NCBI GenBank assembly: GCA_964188305.1
Contig: OZ076885.1
Length of the DNA stretch: 64,000 nt
Direction: 5' to 3' (one strand)
Origin: Podarcis bocagei
Lineage: Eukaryota
Within the stretch, counting starts at the first letter, position 1, and every line of letters begins with the position of its first letter. Position numbers and translations under genes: made by a program. The notes under the pieces are model-generated. The model made no database searches. It saw only the letters and a list, made by a program, of their open reading frames with translations, and was not told the DNA's origin. Shown piece after piece: positions 62,189 to 64,000 of this stretch.

Positions 62189-62491
62189 GTGTTCCTGGTC
62201 TTCCTGGTACCCCAGAAGTGTTTGATATCTCCCGTGATGGAATGACACTTACTTGGTATCCACCAGAAGAAGATGGTGGTTCACAGATCACTGGTTATAT
62301 TGTGGAACGCAAAGAAGTTAAATCAGAGAGATGGGTCCGTGTAAACAAAGTTGCAGTCACTATGACACGCTATCGTTCCACTGGGTTGATTGAAGGACTG
62401 GAGTATGAACATCGTGTCACAGCTATCAATGCTAGGGGTACTGGCAAACCAAGCCGAATTTCCAAGCCTGCAGTTGCTAGAGATCCAATTG
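62189..62491 (+). CDS. TTN: TTN exon ~350, Fn3
   Basis: tgtag|GTGTT; AATTG|gtaaat; 303 nt. Confidence 0.93.
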
Positions 62492-62642
62492 GTAAATAAT
62501 TTGCAAAATTCATAACATATACTAGTGACTTCTGTTCAGTCATTTTATTTGTAAAATAGTTGATACTAATATTTTGGACTGCCTTTTAAACATGAAAACT
62601 ATACCTTTAATATATCTAACACGCTCTAATAATATATTTCAG

Positions 62643-62945
62643 CTCCTCCGGGTAAACCTCAGAATCCAAGAGTGACAGATACTACAAGAACATCTATTTC
62701 CTTGGCTTGGAGTCCACCAGAAGATGAAGGCGGGTCTAAAGTCACTGGCTACTTGATTGAAATGCAAAAGGTTGATCAGTTTGAATGGACCAAATGCAAT
62801 ACCACCCCCACCAAGATCCGTGAATACACTCTAACACATCTTCCACAAGGTGCAGAGTATAGATTCCGTGTTATAGCATGCAATCTCGGTGGCCCTGGCG
62901 AACCTGCCGATGTTCCTGGAACAGCCAAAGTGACTGAAATGCTTG
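62643..62945 (+). CDS. TTN: TTN exon ~351, Fn3
   Basis: ttcag|CTCCT; GCTTG|gtaaga; 303 nt. Confidence 0.93.
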
Positions 62946-63036
62946 GTAAGATGCTTTAATGAAATACAAATTTTAAAGAACATAGTGCTATTTAGCTTTC
63001 TGCATACATAACATGATCTCTTTTTCCTTCTCCCAG

Positions 63037-63621
63037 AATTCCCCGATTATGAACTTGATGAAAAATACCTGGAAGGTGTATTTGTAAGGCAAGGTGGAGT
63101 AGTTAAGCTTACAGTGCCAATTAAAGGTAAACCCATTCCAATATGCAAATGGACTAAAGAGGGACATGATGTCACCAAGAGAGCCATGATTGCGACTTCT
63201 GAATCAGATACTGAACTTGTGATAAAAGATGCAGAACGAGAAGATTCTGGTACCTATGATTTGACGCTTGAAAACAAATGTGGCAAGAAGGTTGTCTACA
63301 TCAAGGTCAGAGTGATTGGTATTCCAAATCCACCAGAAGGGCCACTTGAATATGATGACATACAAGCACGCTCTGTTAGAGTCAGCTGGAAGCCTCCAAG
63401 TGACGATGGTGGCGCAGATATAATAGGATACAATATTGAGAGGCGTGAAGTACCAAAGACTGCCTGGTACACCGTGGGCTCCAGAGTAAGGGGTACATCA
63501 CTGGTAGTGAAAGGACTCAAAGAAAATGTGGAATACCACTTCCGTGTTTATGCTGAAAACCAGTTTGGTGTAAGCAAGTCCCTGAAATCTGAAGAGCCAG
63601 TTGTGCCAAAGACACCTTTGA
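63037..63621 (+). CDS. TTN: TTN exon ~352, Ig + Fn3
   Basis: cccag|AATTC; TTTGA|gtaagt; 585 nt. Confidence 0.93.
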
Positions 63622-63679
63622 GTAAGTATACGGGTTCAGAAAATGCATGTGTGTGTGTGCATCTCTCACATACTTTATT

Positions 63680-63955
63680 TTATTTTCCAAGGTGCTTGGG
63701 GGAATGTACATTGTCTGCCCCCTTTTTATCCTGATAATAAACCTGTGAGGTAGGTTAGGTTGAGAGAGAATGACTGCCCAAAAGTAACTGAGGTTGCAGT
63801 CCTAAACAGGCTTATCTGGGAGTAAGTCCTATTAAAGTTAGGTTCACTTAGTTCTGAGTTGACATGTACAGCACTGTTTAGTGAGTTCATGACTGAACGG
63901 ACTGGGGACCCCAGCTTTCCATGGTTGTGGTCCAATACTCTTAACTCCTATGCCA
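63680..63955 (-). mobile_element. Degenerate tRNA-derived SINE (MIR-like/squamate type) interrupted by a short MITE-like insert at about 63793-63877
   Basis: ttatcctgataataaacctgtgaggtagg...tgactgcccaaaagt [insert] agtgagttcatgactga...gtccaatactcttaactcctatgcca resembles the antisense SINE core and tRNA head; family assignment is from recall. Confidence 0.6.
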
Positions 63956-63992
63956 GAAGGACCAATGGTTATTGTTACATTCTTTTCAACAG

Positions 63993-64000
63993 ATCCTCCG
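63993..64000 (+). CDS. TTN: TTN exon ~353 (start only)
   Basis: ttttcaacag|ATCCTCCG, typical Fn3 exon start. Confidence 0.8.

Larger units (their letters stand above)
1..64000 (+). other. TTN: Titin gene, internal A-band portion (approx. exons 280-353); both ends lie outside the window
   Basis: Continuous series of Ig and Fn3 domains (PGPP...W..P..DGGS.I..Y.VEK...Y.FRV.AEN..G) in 7- then 11-domain super-repeats; all introns GT-AG and phase-consistent; 17.1-kb exon. Confidence 0.99.

Noticed and set aside
1-64000. Titin kinase, Cronos internal promoter, Novex and PEVK exons
   Set aside because: No such sequence is seen. By established gene order they lie outside this A-band segment.

Overview
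The window is an internal segment of a vertebrate titin (TTN) gene on the + strand. It encodes A-band Ig/fibronectin-III repeats, from the 7-domain D-zone super-repeats into all eleven 11-domain C-zone super-repeats. I traced 74 exons (first and last truncated), all flanked by GT-AG introns with consistent phase. They include a 30-nt micro-exon, a 2,961-nt exon and a 17,103-nt giant exon. Exon numbers (about 280-353) are assigned by counting from the giant exon, taken as the equivalent of human exon 326 from recalled human structure, not from an alignment. Intronic repeats (L2 and CR1 3' ends, hAT and Tc1/mariner MITEs, a tRNA-derived SINE) suggest a squamate, plausibly a lacertid lizard (inference). 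The most interesting non-coding signals are: (1) several non-repeat introns (288, 321, more weakly 290 and 316) with nested, colinear complementary segments suggesting large RNA structures; (2) two candidate poison exons in introns 288 and 292; (3) a bipartite CTCF-like motif; (4) a CpG-rich patch inside the giant exon; (5) inverted L2 copies that could favour back-splicing. All structural claims come from pairing by eye and need folding and conservation tests.
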